Source: Octopus sinensis
Lineage: Eukaryota
NCBI RefSeq assembly: GCF_006345805.1
Contig: NC_043001.1
Span: forward strand, 112,468,001-112,532,000
Length of the DNA: 64,000 nucleotides
Reading direction: 5' to 3'
The notes beneath the pieces were generated by a model. It made no database searches and was not told where the DNA came from. It was given only the letters and a program-made list of their open reading frames with translations. The position numbers and the translations under genes were made by a program. Within the stretch, counting starts at the first letter, position 1; each line of letters starts with the position of its first letter. Below are positions 13,293 through 25,554 of this stretch, in pieces.

Positions 13293-13694
13293 TAAAAGGA
13301 ATTCCAACCTTGTCTGATTTTCACGTTTTATTTACAATCTTATAATGGATATAGTAAATATAATATAATATAATAAAATAAAATGAAATAATAGAATGTT
13401 AAATGTTCATTCTGATTGAACTAGTACTTTCATGCATTAAATTATGCAATCTTCACACAGATTTAACCATCTCGCTACAGTCAAAAACTGTGAAGCATGT
13501 CTGTCACCACTACTACATGAACCTGAAGATTGCAGAATTTAATGCATGAAAGTATTAGTTCAATCAGAATGAACATTTAACATTCTATTATTTTATTTTA
13601 TTTTATTATATTATATTATATTATACTATTCCATTATACGATTGTAAATAAAACGTTAAAACCAGACAAGGTTGGAATTCCTTTTATTAATATA
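13232..13694. repeat. Fold-back structure: about 170-bp inverted arms (13285-13455 and 13524-13694) plus a third 29-bp fragment (13232-13260); putative Penelope-like pseudo-LTR remnants
   Basis: aataaaaggaattccaaccttgtct...gcaatcttca is the reverse complement of tgaagattgc...agacaaggttggaattccttttatt; diverged relative at 25344-25540. Confidence 0.85.
13518..13562 (+). ncRNA. Minimal type I hammerhead-like motif
   Basis: tgaac|CTGAAGA|t-tgca..tgca-t|GAAA gtatta|gttca; stem I tgaac/gttca; the opposite arm keeps the palindrome agtact. Confidence 0.6.
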
Positions 13695-13748
13695 TTCTTC
13701 TATACACAATCACACACACCCATATATATATCTATCTATCTATCTATC

Positions 13749-13815
<67 letters not shown>

Positions 13816-13819
<4 letters not shown>

Positions 13820-14187
13820 GCTTGCTTACCAACCACATTGTTCTGGGTTCAGTCCCACTGCGTGTCACCTTGGGCAAGTGTCTTCTACTATAGCCTCGGA
13901 CGAAATCCTTGTAAGAGGATTTGGAAGACGGAAACTGAAAGAAGCCCGTCGTATATATATATATATATGTGTGTGTGTTTGTATGTTTGTGTGTCTGTGT
14001 TTGTCCCCCCAACATCGCTTGACAACCGATGCTGGTGTGTTTACGCCACTGCAACTTAGCGGTTCGGCAAACGAGACCGATAGAATAAGTACTAGGCTTA
14101 CATAGAATAAATCCTGGGATCGAATTGCTCGACTAAAGGTGGTGCTCCAGCATGGCCACAGTCAAATGACTAAAACAAGTAAAAGAG
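13816..14187 (+). mobile_element. SINE family B, head clipped
   Basis: agtagcttgcttaccaaccac ... gtcaaatgactaaaacaagtaaaagag. Confidence 0.9.
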
Positions 14188-14903
14188 TATATATATAAAT
14201 GCAGTTACACGCATGAGTCATTCAAATCTTTGAAAGATTTGAATAACACCCGCGTTTAACTCCATTTATTTATTTATCTATATCATACAAAAACATTTCA
14301 CCTAAACCTGGAGTTTCTACCTTTATACGTAGGCTGTTACATCCTTGGTACTTGTGTAAATTTTTGCCAGCCCGGTAAATATTTACTTCATTTTTTTCGT
14401 GTTACTTGTATACACACATACATTGTGTGTGTGTGTGTGTGTGTGTGTCTGTATGTATGTGAGTGTGTGTTTGTGTGTGCGCGAGCGTGTTTATTACTTC
14501 ATGTTATAATTCCCTCCAAGAAACTCGGTTTAATTTGCCTGAATATAAATCAGACATGTTCAGGTGCAAAGTGGCGAAAATTTCTTATTTTGCTTACAAT
14601 ATTTATTTGTCTTATTTTTTATATTTCAAAATAGAAAAAGAAAACCGATTTTAAAAAACTGAGAAAAAATATAGGAAAAAACTCCTCGTTCGATAGATAA
14701 ATATGACACCTTGCGGCTGAAAGGAAGGAAGCATACCGAGTTATATATTAATAAATTATACATATCATATACACACATACACACACGCGTATGTAGGTAT
14801 GTGTGTATATATACACTGATCTATAAATATTGATGGATGCATACATGCATGTATGTATAAACGCATATATTTATGTATACATGTATACATTCATGTATGT
14901 ATG

Positions 14904-14935
<32 letters not shown>

Positions 14936-15224
14936 TATGTATGTATGTATATATGTATGTATGTTTGTTTGTTTGTATGGATGCATGTATGTTCGTATGT
15001 ATGCATTCGTTAAGCAATTCGGGCAAATATAACTTGGAGGGCCATCCTGAATCTTGCAGTCGCACACCGTTTTCATTTCTTCTGTCTCTTCCTACTTTGC
15101 TCGAAATTGAAATATTTCCCCAAACAGTGTCGGGGGACATAAAAATTTGTTTGAGACCACGAACATCTGAGTAGCCCCAAAGGTATGATTAATAGAATCG
15201 TTTAATGATTATGTATCTGTCTGC

Positions 15225-15291
<67 letters not shown>

Positions 15292-15464
15292 GTTGTCTCT
15301 CTCTCTATCTATCTATCTCTGTATATATCTGTATATATATATATATATATATATACACTTTATTTTAAGCAGCAGAAAATAAAGCATATTACTCTACCAC
15401 TGGTATTTGAGTACTCTTTTTTCCACCTTGTTTCACATTTATGTGTTTACTCGGTATATATATA

Positions 15465-15500
<36 letters not shown>

Positions 15501-15932
15501 TAAAAATGAAAGAATACACATTAAGTACAGGACATCACCAACGAGCGAAAAATACATAAACACACAACGAGTGACAAGTACGGGACAAAATACCAAAAGA
15601 AGACTAACTCCTCGACGGAATGTCGCTATTTTGTTCGGCCTGCGAACGCTTATGCCAGCTCGCCGCTTTGATGATAAAAATAATAAAGATAGTAATAACA
15701 ACAACAACAACAACAACAACAACAATAATAATAATAATAATAATGATAATGACGTCGACGACGATGACGATGATGATGATCATCATCATTTCCATTATTA
15801 TTTTAAAGAAAAAAAAACAAAAACAAAAATATAAAATTAAAGAATGTCAACATCATCATCATCATCATCATAATCATCATCAGTAGTAGTAGTAGTAGTC
15901 GTAGTAGTAGTAGTAGAAATAGTAGTAGTAGT

Positions 15933-15964
<32 letters not shown>

Positions 15965-16927
15965 TAGTAAGGGTAGTGGTTGTTATAGTTGTATTAGTAG
16001 TAGTTGGAGTAGTGAGAGCAAGTCGATGTGGAGACACAAAAGTATTTTGTTTATAGCTGCTGTTTGTGTTAGCTACGTGTACATTTTGTATTATTTGACT
16101 TTATTTTATTGTATTCTATTTTATCTTATTTTATTTTCCTTGCTATTTTGGTATAAATTGAATATTCCTGTGAGACTCTGATGTACTTTTTCACATTGAC
16201 CAAGACACGTTTAATATGCAATAATTTATGCCCGCTGGTCTGCGATTTCACGAACTAAACCGAAGACCATTTAAGCGTTTGGGCCAACCCTCTTGTGTTT
16301 TAGTTATGTCTTCCAGCTCTGTATTTTTAAACGTTCCACATGATGTCTTCATAACTGCCATTTACACGCTTGCTTTTTGCATGCAAGACGTGTTCTACAG
16401 ATTTCTTTCACCCAGAGGCAGCCACGTATGCGTTTGCGTATTTACAAGAATTTGTGTGCGTATGTATGCGCATATATGTTTATGTATGTGTATGTATGTA
16501 TGTATTTGTATGTTTTCACTGTGTGTATTCGATTGTAGGCATGTTTAAGTATCTACTGCTGCTTCGGTGTGTTTATGCAGGCACACGTGATCACTTTTGG
16601 CGTAAATTTTTGTCTTTTGCAGGGAATGGTGCGACAGTTGACGTGCCTTTCATTATTTGCGTTTCGTTGTGAAACTTTGCGTGCGCGCGCGCGCGCGCGT
16701 GTGTGTGTATGTGTGTGTGGTGTATGTTTGTGTGTACGTATATGTGTGTATGTGTGTGAGCGTGTACATACGTGAATGTGTACAGGCATGTGTGATTTTA
16801 TTAAGTCCTAATTTTGTGTGTCGATCAATATGTATTACACGCATGCGCGCACACACAAACACACATATGCATACATACATATTATATATATGTGTGTGTG
16901 TGTATATATATATGTGTGTGTATATAA

Positions 16928-17160
16928 AAGGCGGCGAGCTGGCAGAAACGGTAGCACGCCGGGCGAAATGCGTAGCTGTATTTCGTCTGCCGTTACGTTC
17001 TGAGTTCAAATTCCGCCGAGGTCGACTTTGCCTTTCATCCTTTCGGGGTCGATAAATTAAGTACCAGTTACGCACTGGGGTCGACATAATCGACTTAATC
17101 CGTTTGTCAGTCCTTGTTTATCCCCTCTATGTTTAGCCCCTTGTGGGTAGTAAAGAAATA
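16928..17160 (+). mobile_element. SINE family C, full length
   Basis: aaggcggcgagctggcagaaacg (A box-like) ... gagttcaaattcc (B box-like) ... agccccttgtgggtagtaaagaaata. Confidence 0.93.
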
Positions 17161-18330
17161 TATATATGTGTGTGTGTGTGTGTGTATGTGTGTGTGTGTA
17201 TTTGCGTGTGTGTATGTGTGTATGTGTGTGAGCATGTACATACATGAGTGCGTAAGGGCATGTGTGCTTTTATGAAGTCCTAATTTTGTGTGTCCATCAA
17301 TATATATCACACGCATACACACACACACAAATATACATATGTGTGTGTGTGTGTGTGGTTTGTATGTATATTTGTATACAAATACACACCCACAAACATT
17401 CATTATATATATATATATATGTGTGTGTGTGGTGTGTGCTTATGTATGTTTGTATATACACGCTCAGACACACAAGTATTAACTAACGGCTGAAAGGCTA
17501 CTCAGCAGCGGAATTAGAGCGTAAAGCGCTTATTTATGTGCAGTAAGAAGTTATATTGCTACCTGAGGTACCGACAAAAAAAAAACCTTGTCGCGTTTTT
17601 CAGTCAGTTCCCTCTGACAGAAGCCAAAATGGTGGACGTAATACTATTTTGATTTGGGCAGCACGAATCTCGTGTCTACAACATATCTGAATTCCGTCCT
17701 CGGTGAGGCTTAAAAGTGGTGGAAGCAGAAATGATTTTCTATGCAGCAAATGTGATCGATCACGAAGAATGAAGGTGACTGCATCTTTTTTTTGTTGTTG
17801 TTGTGTTTAGAATAAATGCATATACTGTGCAGTACACGCAAAGTGATGTGTGTGTGTGGGATAGTTGCAGAAACCTATTTAGGCAAAAATCAGTAAAACA
17901 CACGATCCGTATACATCACGCACACGTATACTCATGGACACAAACATTCGTACGCCCATACATATATGCATTGTGCACGCTCACATGTATATACACGTAT
18001 GGGAATACGAAAGATGTGTATGTGCGCGTGTATATATATATATGTGTGTGTGTGTGGTGTTGTCTGTTATATTCGCATGTACGAATGGGGCATATGCGTG
18101 CGTGATATATGCACAAATAATATTAATTTGTTTTGCAGAATATTTAGCTTAAATATTTTCTGCGTGTCTCTCAAACGGATATTTCCGTGTGCGTGGAAAT
18201 GTATGTTTGTGTATCTAGAAAAGACAATATCGATCCTTTCATCCTGGCAGAGCTTTTGCTACTCACGGTATTATTCAGGATTCTGTTTACGGTGATGAAA
18301 ATTGTTTCAGAATTTGAAGATTTTTCTTAA

Positions 18331-19083
18331 AGGCGTAGGCGTAGCGATATGGTGAAGAAGATTGCATCTCAATCATGCAGTCTTGGGTTCAACACCAAAC
18401 CCACTCACAAGTCCGACCAAAAACTTGTGAGTGGATCTTGCAGATGGAAACTGAAAGAAGCCCATTGTGTGTGTATAAATATATAAACATATATACATGT
18501 ATATATGTATGTATACATGTATACATATATATGTATATATGTATGAATATATATAAATATATGTACACATATACATATAAATATCTATGTATATATATAT
18601 GTATATATATGTATTATATGTGAGTGTATTTTTGCTTGTCCAAACAAACATTCAACCTGTGTTGGTTTGTTTACATCCCCGTAAATTGGCACTTCAACAA
18701 AAGGGACCGATACATGTATATGTATATATACATATACATGTATATATCTATGTATACATGTATACATATGCATGTATATATGTATGAATATATATAAATA
18801 CATGTACACATATACATGTAAATATCTATGTATATATAAATATATGTATATATATATATATATATATGCATACATATATGTGAGTGTATTTTTGCTTGTC
18901 CCAACAAACATTCGTCAACCTGTGTTGGTTTGTTTACATCCCCGTAAATTGGCACTTCAACAAAAGGGACCGATAGAATAAGTACAAGGCTTAAAAACAA
19001 ACGGTGTGGTCGATTTGTTCGAACAAACCCTTCAAAGCAGTACCCCAGCATGACCGTTTCCAAAGACTGTAACAAGCAAAGAT
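18331..19083 (+). mobile_element. Diverged SINE family B copy with internal tandem duplication (about 18488-18711 and 18731-18975)
   Basis: ttgtgagtggatcttgcagatggaaactgaaagaagccc; gtttacatccccgtaaattggcacttcaacaaaagggaccgata is present twice. Confidence 0.78.
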
Positions 19084-19611
19084 AGATATACATTATCCAT
19101 GTTTTACTGTAGTACATTTGTGAATACACAATTACTTTCAACGAAGACCATTAAAAGAAGTACAAATATAATCCTTTTGTAAAAATGGTATAAAATTAAC
19201 CATTTTATCGTCTATTGAGCAATCACAGTTCAAATTACAACTCCATCACATGCCAAAAATGTGTTTAAATATTGTTTTGGCTGCCTTCTGTAGACCAACA
19301 GAAGACTGAGAATCTGTCACGAAATACCAAATTGGAGAAGGGCAAGCAATGGTAGCGAATTTAGTTTCATTTGGGAACTAACGAGTAATGTACGCGATAA
19401 TAAGATGAATGTTAAAAAGGTGAAATGTAGGGAAAATAGACCTTAGTATTCTTGCGATGTATGTGACCAGGTAAGCAAAATTAAATCAAAACTGACACAC
19501 TATTTCTAAATTCCCTTCAGCGATAGCACATGATATCTATCAAGGCATGATAAGTTTTATATGACGGACCAGGAGACACACACACACGTGTATATGTATG
19601 TATTTATATAT

Positions 19612-19795
19612 ATAGTTGACATTTACAGAATAACAAAATACGAAGACAGGTGTATCAACAACAAGCTGGTGTATTAGTTTGACGCTCGGGGAAGTGAGAG
19701 AGGCTTTTACGTTTCGAGTCTCCGCTCTTCAACAGAAAGGAATAAGAGAAAATATAGAGAGAGAGGAAAAAACTTCTGGATTTAGCGATCAAGCA
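19612..19795 (-). mobile_element. Repeat family D (putative Penelope-like pLTR remnant) with hammerhead-like motif at 19704-19739
   Basis: Minus strand cttt CTGTTGA a gagc ggag actc GAAACGTA aaag; homologous to 21368-21560 and 48465-48610. Confidence 0.7.
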
Positions 19796-20038
19796 TGGAG
19801 GCTTAGAAAAACAGCCAACAACTGATGAAGGGTTTTTCTTTATGTTGTTTGTTTTGTTTTCCATCTGTGTCTTTCGTTGTTCGAAAGAACAGCTCATGTT
19901 CCATGTACTCGTGCTTCGTATTTTATTTTTGTTGTACACGTTTCGTCACGCCATGTGCTCACATATGCATATATATGTATATATACGTATAGATGTAAGT
20001 ATGTACATATACGTATGTATATATGCATACACGCACAC

Positions 20039-20178
<140 letters not shown>

Positions 20179-20343
20179 GGCGCAGGAGTGGCTGTGTGGT
20201 AAGTAGCTTGCTAACCAACCACATGATTCCGGGTTCAGTCCCACTGCATGGCATCTTGGACAAGTGTCTTCTGCTATAGCCCCGGGCTGACCAATGCCTT
20301 GTGAGTGGATTTAGTAGACGGAAACTGAAAGAAGCCTGTCGTA

Positions 20344-20394
<51 letters not shown>

Positions 20395-20612
20395 TTGTGT
20401 GTCTGTGTTTGTCCCCCTAGCATTGCTTGACAACCGATGGTGGTGTGTTTACGTCCCCGTCACTTAGCGGTTCGGCAAAAGAGACCGATAGAATAAGTAC
20501 TGGGCTTACAAAGAATAAGTCCCCGGGTCGATTTGCTCGACTAAAGGCGGTGCTCCAGCATGGCCGCAGTCAAATGACTGAAACAAGTAAGAGAGTAAGA
20601 CAGTAAGACAGT
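20179..20612 (+). mobile_element. SINE family B, full length
   Basis: ggcgcaggagtggctgtgtgg ... gactgaaacaagtaagagagtaagacag; in (TA)n. Confidence 0.93.
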
Positions 20613-20613
20613 A

Positions 20614-20666
<53 letters not shown>

Positions 20667-20759
20667 ATTATTATATGACTGAACGCCACGCATCCTCTTC
20701 CAAGTAACTTTCATCTTAATTCTGATGCGCACTCTATATGATCCTTTTACTCTTTCGTT

Positions 20760-21260
20760 TTAAACTAGGTGAGTCAATATTGTTTGCTTACTAACACCAA
20801 ACAACAATGGTAATTCACGGTGACTCTCACATGGATCTGACTCGACGGTGGCTTTAAATTCGTCATTATCCACCTTTGTTTCTGGTCGACTGCGTTGCAC
20901 ATCTGTGAGGTCAAAGTTACCAGAATGAAATTTTGCAGACCAATTTGATACTGTCTGCTGTGTAATAACATTAGAATAAAATACTCCATTAATATTTCGA
21001 ACTGTCTGTGATGCTGCATTTCCAAGAAAAAACTCATATTTCAAAACTGTACAAATTTCCGTCTTATCCATCTCTAAACAAAAATAACAAAAAACGATTT
21101 ATAAACACATTATAAAGCGCAAAATGAGTTAGAATAAAGAAATAGATGTGTAAGCTTTCTAACAAAAAATAAAGGCAGTCAATATATAATAACAGCGCAA
21201 AGTGAGCAGCTGTCAAAGTTTACCATATACCTTACTGCACATTTCATACTTGACAACCCA

Positions 21261-21262
<2 letters not shown>
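20760..21262 (-). mobile_element. Truncated mariner transposon: left TIR plus transposase N-terminal HTH pseudogene (20760-21071)
   Basis: MDKTEICTVLKYEFFLGNAASQTVRNINGVF...TVSNWSAKFHSGNFDLTDVQRSRP...GVSKQTILTHL resembles Mos1/Hsmar1 HTH domains; minus-strand end TA|ttgggttgtcaagtatgaaatgtgc is a mariner-type TIR; catalytic domain absent. Confidence 0.88.
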
Positions 21263-21307
<45 letters not shown>

Positions 21308-21367
21308 CACACACATACATAAATGTATGCGTGAGTGTGTGTGTGTGCACGTATATATATATATATA

Positions 21368-21560
21368 GGAGGAGTTTACGAAAAAAACAAAAGACGAAGA
21401 CAGGTGGTGTACAAAACAAACAGATGTATTAGTATAACGCTCAGGAATAGAAAAAGTCTTTTACGTTTCGAGCCTATGCTCTTCCACAGAAAGAGACAAA
21501 GAAAAAACAAGGAGAGAAAAAAAATGTGTGTTGTGGCTAACGATCTATAATGGCGATCTA
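21368..21560 (-). mobile_element. Repeat family D copy with hammerhead-like motif at 21457-21494
   Basis: Minus strand tcttt CTGTGGA a gagc atag gctc GAAACGTA aaaga. Confidence 0.7.
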
Positions 21561-21582
21561 TCATATGTATGTATATCTATAT

Positions 21583-21818
21583 ACAGAGAGTGACAAGGCC
21601 GGCCCTTTGAAATACGGGTACAACAGAAACAGGAGTAAGAGTGAGAGAAAGTTGTGGTGAAAGAGTACAGCAGGGATCACCACCATCCCCTGCCTGAGCC
21701 TCGTGGAGCTTTAGGTGTTTTTGCTCAATAAACAATCACAACGCCCGGTCTGGGAATCGAAACCGCGATCCTATGACCGCGAGTCCGCTGCCCTAACCAC
21801 TGGGCCATTGCGCCTCCA
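21583..21818 (-). mobile_element. SINE family A, 5' portion only (3' part missing)
   Basis: acagagagtgacaaggccggccc ... ccattgcgcctcca. Confidence 0.9.
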
Positions 21819-22001
21819 ACGTGTATATATATACATACACACACTCATATACCTTTCTATGTGCAGACATGTTTACACTGACACACATAAAGACACCTTT
21901 AAATGGAAAAATATTGTTACCGTATTTGTAGGCAAAGCTGTCTCCAAATGCGCTAAGAAATAATTTCGCTGCTGCTGTTACTACTGCCGCTACTACTGCC
22001 G

Positions 22002-22050
<49 letters not shown>

Positions 22051-22618
22051 CGAGCGAAATGCGTAGCCGTATTTCGTCTGCCGTTACGTACTGAGTTCAA
22101 ATTCCGTCGAGGTCGACTTTGCCTTTCATCCTTTCGGGGTCGATAAATTAAGTACCAGTTACGCAATGGGGTCGATGTAATCGACTTAATCCGTTCTTCT
22201 GTCCTTATTTGTCTTCTCTGTGTTTAGCCCCTTGTGGGTAGTAAAGAAATAGGTATTTCGTCTGCCGCTACGTTCTGAATTCAAATTTTGCCGAGGACGA
22301 CTTTGCCTTTCATCCTTTCAGGGTCGATAAATGAAGTACCAGTTACGCACTGGGCTCGATGTAATCGACTTAATCCGTTCTTCTGTCCTTGTTTGTCTCC
22401 TCTGTGTTTAGCCCCTTGTGGGTAGTAAAGAAATAGGTATTTCGTCTGCCGCTACGTTCTGAATTCAAATTTCGCCGAGGACGACTTTACCTTTCGTCCT
22501 TTCGGGGTCGATAAATTAAGTACCAGTTACGCACTGGGCTCGATGTAATCGACTTAATCCGTTCTTCGGTCCTTGTTTGTTCCCTCTGTGTTTAGCCCCT
22601 TGTGGGTAGTAAAATAAA
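22051..22618 (+). mobile_element. Head-to-tail trimer of SINE family C (about 184-bp unit)
   Basis: Three copies of gtatttcgtctgccg...ccccttgtgggtagtaaa joined by aaagaaatag|gtatttcg. Confidence 0.92.
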
Positions 22619-22666
22619 TGGATATAATATAATATAATATATTATATCATATTATATCATATTATA

Positions 22667-22806
22667 CTGTAATGCCTCGATATACGAGTTAATTCGTTCC
22701 AGGAGAACGCTCGTAAAGCGAAAACTCGTAAACAGATAATAAAACTCATAAAACTCGTAAACTCCATGTCTCCTAAAGCGAGTCCTCGTGAAGTGAGGTA
22801 TTACTG
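22667..22806. mobile_element. Tigger/pogo-like MITE (about 140 bp)
   Basis: Imperfect TIRs TA|ctgtaatgcctcgatatacgag ... ctcgtgaagtgaggtattactg with internal (actcgtaa) subrepeats. Confidence 0.65.
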
Positions 22807-23011
22807 AATACAGTGCCATTCCTTTATGTTCATATCTACCATAAATTGTTGTTGCTAATGTTCGATTATGGTCAGCCATAATCGAATAGAGCTGGAAACA
22901 GATGTTTAGACTATGTCCAATTAATTAGTTCGTGTTTAGTTTGTGATAAACTGTATCTTGGATTATATTATCCAAAGTACTTTTCTTTTACAAAAACCCC
23001 TGAATATTTAT

Positions 23012-23467
23012 ACTCTTTTACTCTTTTACTTGTTTCAGTCATTTGACTGTGGCCATGCTAGAGCACCGCCTTTAGTCGAGCAACTCGACTCCAGGACTTA
23101 TTCTTTGTAAGCCTAGTACTTTTTCTATCGGTGTCTTTTGCCGAACCGCTAAGTTACGGGGACGTAAATACATCAGCATCGGTTGTCAAGCGATGCTGGA
23201 GGGATAAACACAGACACACAAACATATACACACACAAACATATACACACACAAACATATACACACACAAACATACACATACATACATATATATATATATA
23301 CATATACGACGGGCTTCTTTCAGTTTCCGTCTACCAAATCCACTCACAAGGCTTTGGTCGGCCCTAGGCTATAGTAGAAGATACTTGCCCAAGGTGCCAC
23401 GCAATGGGACTGAACCCGGAACCATGTGGTTGGTAAGCAAGCTACTTACAACACAGCCACTCCTACG
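23012..23467 (-). mobile_element. SINE family B, full length
   Basis: ctcttttactcttttacttgtttcagtcatttgactg ... acacagccactcctacg. Confidence 0.92.
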
Positions 23468-23635
23468 TTTATAAGGAAGATTTTTATAAAATAAAACCTA
23501 GCGCCGCCTCCATACAAAAGTTTAGCACTAGGCGACAAAATATAGTTCTATCTGTTAATATCTACATTTGAAACAGACGTACGCAACAGCCGTATTTGGA
23601 TTCGGTCAAGGAGTCTACATAATAGTCAGCCCAAA

Positions 23636-23820
23636 TGCTGGAAATAGCAGTCAAATTTCTGTGAACTTACATTCTATGTCCCCTTCTAATGCCATAGAAA
23701 GGGACATATCGTGCTGTTGCGTGTAGCATGCGGCAAGACAAAAGATGAGATGGTCACAGCTGGAATGGTCTTCATTATTACTCTGCTCGAAGAAAGTTGG
23801 TTTGGTACTAAGCAACAACT
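23636..23820 (+). repeat. Old interspersed repeat (family E); relatives near 6700-6840, 7480-7550, 26590-26760 (minus), 40800-40880 and 41005-41400
   Basis: Shared motifs tgctrgaaatag...ggatggtcatggytggaatgccttt...ctgctcga...aacaacaac. Confidence 0.55.
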
Positions 23821-24994
23821 AAGATGATGACCATGGCGACGAGAATAAGAACAAGAACAACAGCAGGAACAACAACAACAACAACTACTACTACACCAAC
23901 AACAACTACTATTACTACTACTACTACTACTACAACAACCATGTCTGCTCTAATTTCTTCCTATAGTTACCCCCTGTGTTACATCTGCGGTTAGAGACAA
24001 TTGGAATTGACCAACTTCTTGATGTTCATTTATAGAAACTTCATTGAAAGACACGTTTGATTTTCGCTTCGTGATTTATCGTATACCTTTGGCGGTTTTC
24101 TGTTTAAAGAATTAATTACACATATCAACTAAAATTAAAGATTCCTGACCTTATGCAATTAATTCCAGGTCTTTTAACCATGTCTCAGACAACCTCCCGG
24201 CGTTCTTGTTGGCTGACCACAGTTTAATGGTTAACCGCAATACACGATCAAGCAGAAAATACCCCCCACCGATCGCTCCCCTTCCATCATGGCACTTAAG
24301 ATATTTCTTTCACAGATTATTGTGTTGCTAATGAATTCTCTTTGTTTTCAGACCCAAAGAGATTTTAGAGAAGTTGACAGAATTGTTCATCTTTAGTTAT
24401 TATTTAGCTTTCTAATGCTTTGAGAATCGTTTGCAGCTATCGTTCGTAATTCATTATGTTTTCGCCAATTGTACACTCGAGATTTCATTATCTAGAGGGG
24501 CAATTATAGAGGATCTTACAACACTTGATGAAACAATGCCGTAGAGAAACTCGAGTGGCGAATTAGTCATGTAATAGAAATTCGAATGTTGTTGGCATAT
24601 TTTATGTAAAGCTTCCTAATGGTAATACTTACGCATATACACGCATGCTATACGTACATCTATGCATACATACATATACGCACCCATATGCAAACGTGCA
24701 TGTATATATATACATATATATGTATACATGTGTTTGTATAAATGTATACATACTTATTAATATTATATATGTATGTGTAAAACGCTGGTCTTGTGCCAAA
24801 ATTTGAAATCAGTATTATATATATATAAATTATATATATATATACAAATGTGGGTTTTTGTGTCAAGTTATATATAAAAACAATTTCCTATTGAAATACA
24901 TTTTAGTAGAGAACATATTAATTTTTACAAATAAAAAAATAAAGACGTTCGCCAGTGACTTCGAAACTTCGGTTTGCTTGCCATCTTCAGACTG

Positions 24995-25031
<37 letters not shown>

Positions 25032-25132
25032 ACACACACATACATACACATACATACACACACACACTCGCGCACACACACACGTAAGCACACACAAGCA
25101 CATCTACTCACACGCACAAATATATACATGTA

Positions 25133-25300
25133 TGGACTCCATGGCTATATGATAGGAAAGTTGCTCACCAACCATATGATTTCTAGTGATGTCCTGATGC
25201 GAGTCACATTAGGCAAGTATATACTACCATAGACCCTGGCCAGCCAACGCCCTTCTGTGTGGCTTTGATGGACGAGAATGGAAAAAAGCCCTTCGTGTGT
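25133..25300 (+). mobile_element. Highly decayed SINE B 5' half
   Basis: ccaaccatatgattt...ggcaagtatatactaccatag...aaaaagcccttcgtgtgt. Confidence 0.55.
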
Positions 25301-25343
25301 ATGCAAATATGTGTGTTTATATATATATATATATATACATATT

Positions 25344-25540
25344 ATTCAAAGAAATTCCAATTCTGTCTGTTTTTATGTTTTATTTATATTCTTTATAATA
25401 TTAATGTAGAATATAGAATATATAGTATAAATAATATATATAGTAAAATGAAATGAAGTATTGATTGTCTTATTGAATAGATGAATAGGGGACTAGTATA
25501 CTTTCATGCGTTATAGCAGTCTTGAAGGTCCCAGGGACCT
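25344..25540 (-). mobile_element. Relative of the 13.2-13.7 kb repeat with decayed hammerhead motif at 25489-25532
   Basis: Minus strand gggac CTTCAAGA c-tgc..gca-t GAAA gtatact A gtccc; flank aaattccaattctgtctgtttttatgttttattt resembles gaattccaaccttgtctgattttcacgttttattt. Confidence 0.62.
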
Positions 25541-25554
25541 CTGATCTTTATGTC

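Noticed and set aside
19822-19900. ctgatgaaggg as a hammerhead start
   Set aside because: No pairing stem II, palindrome/NUH or closing stem I could be built.
22051-22618. Regularly spaced repeats suggestive of a CRISPR array or a ribozyme-containing retrozyme
   Set aside because: Units are whole SINE bodies without unique spacers; eukaryotic context; no CUGANGA/GAAA core found in the unit on either strand.
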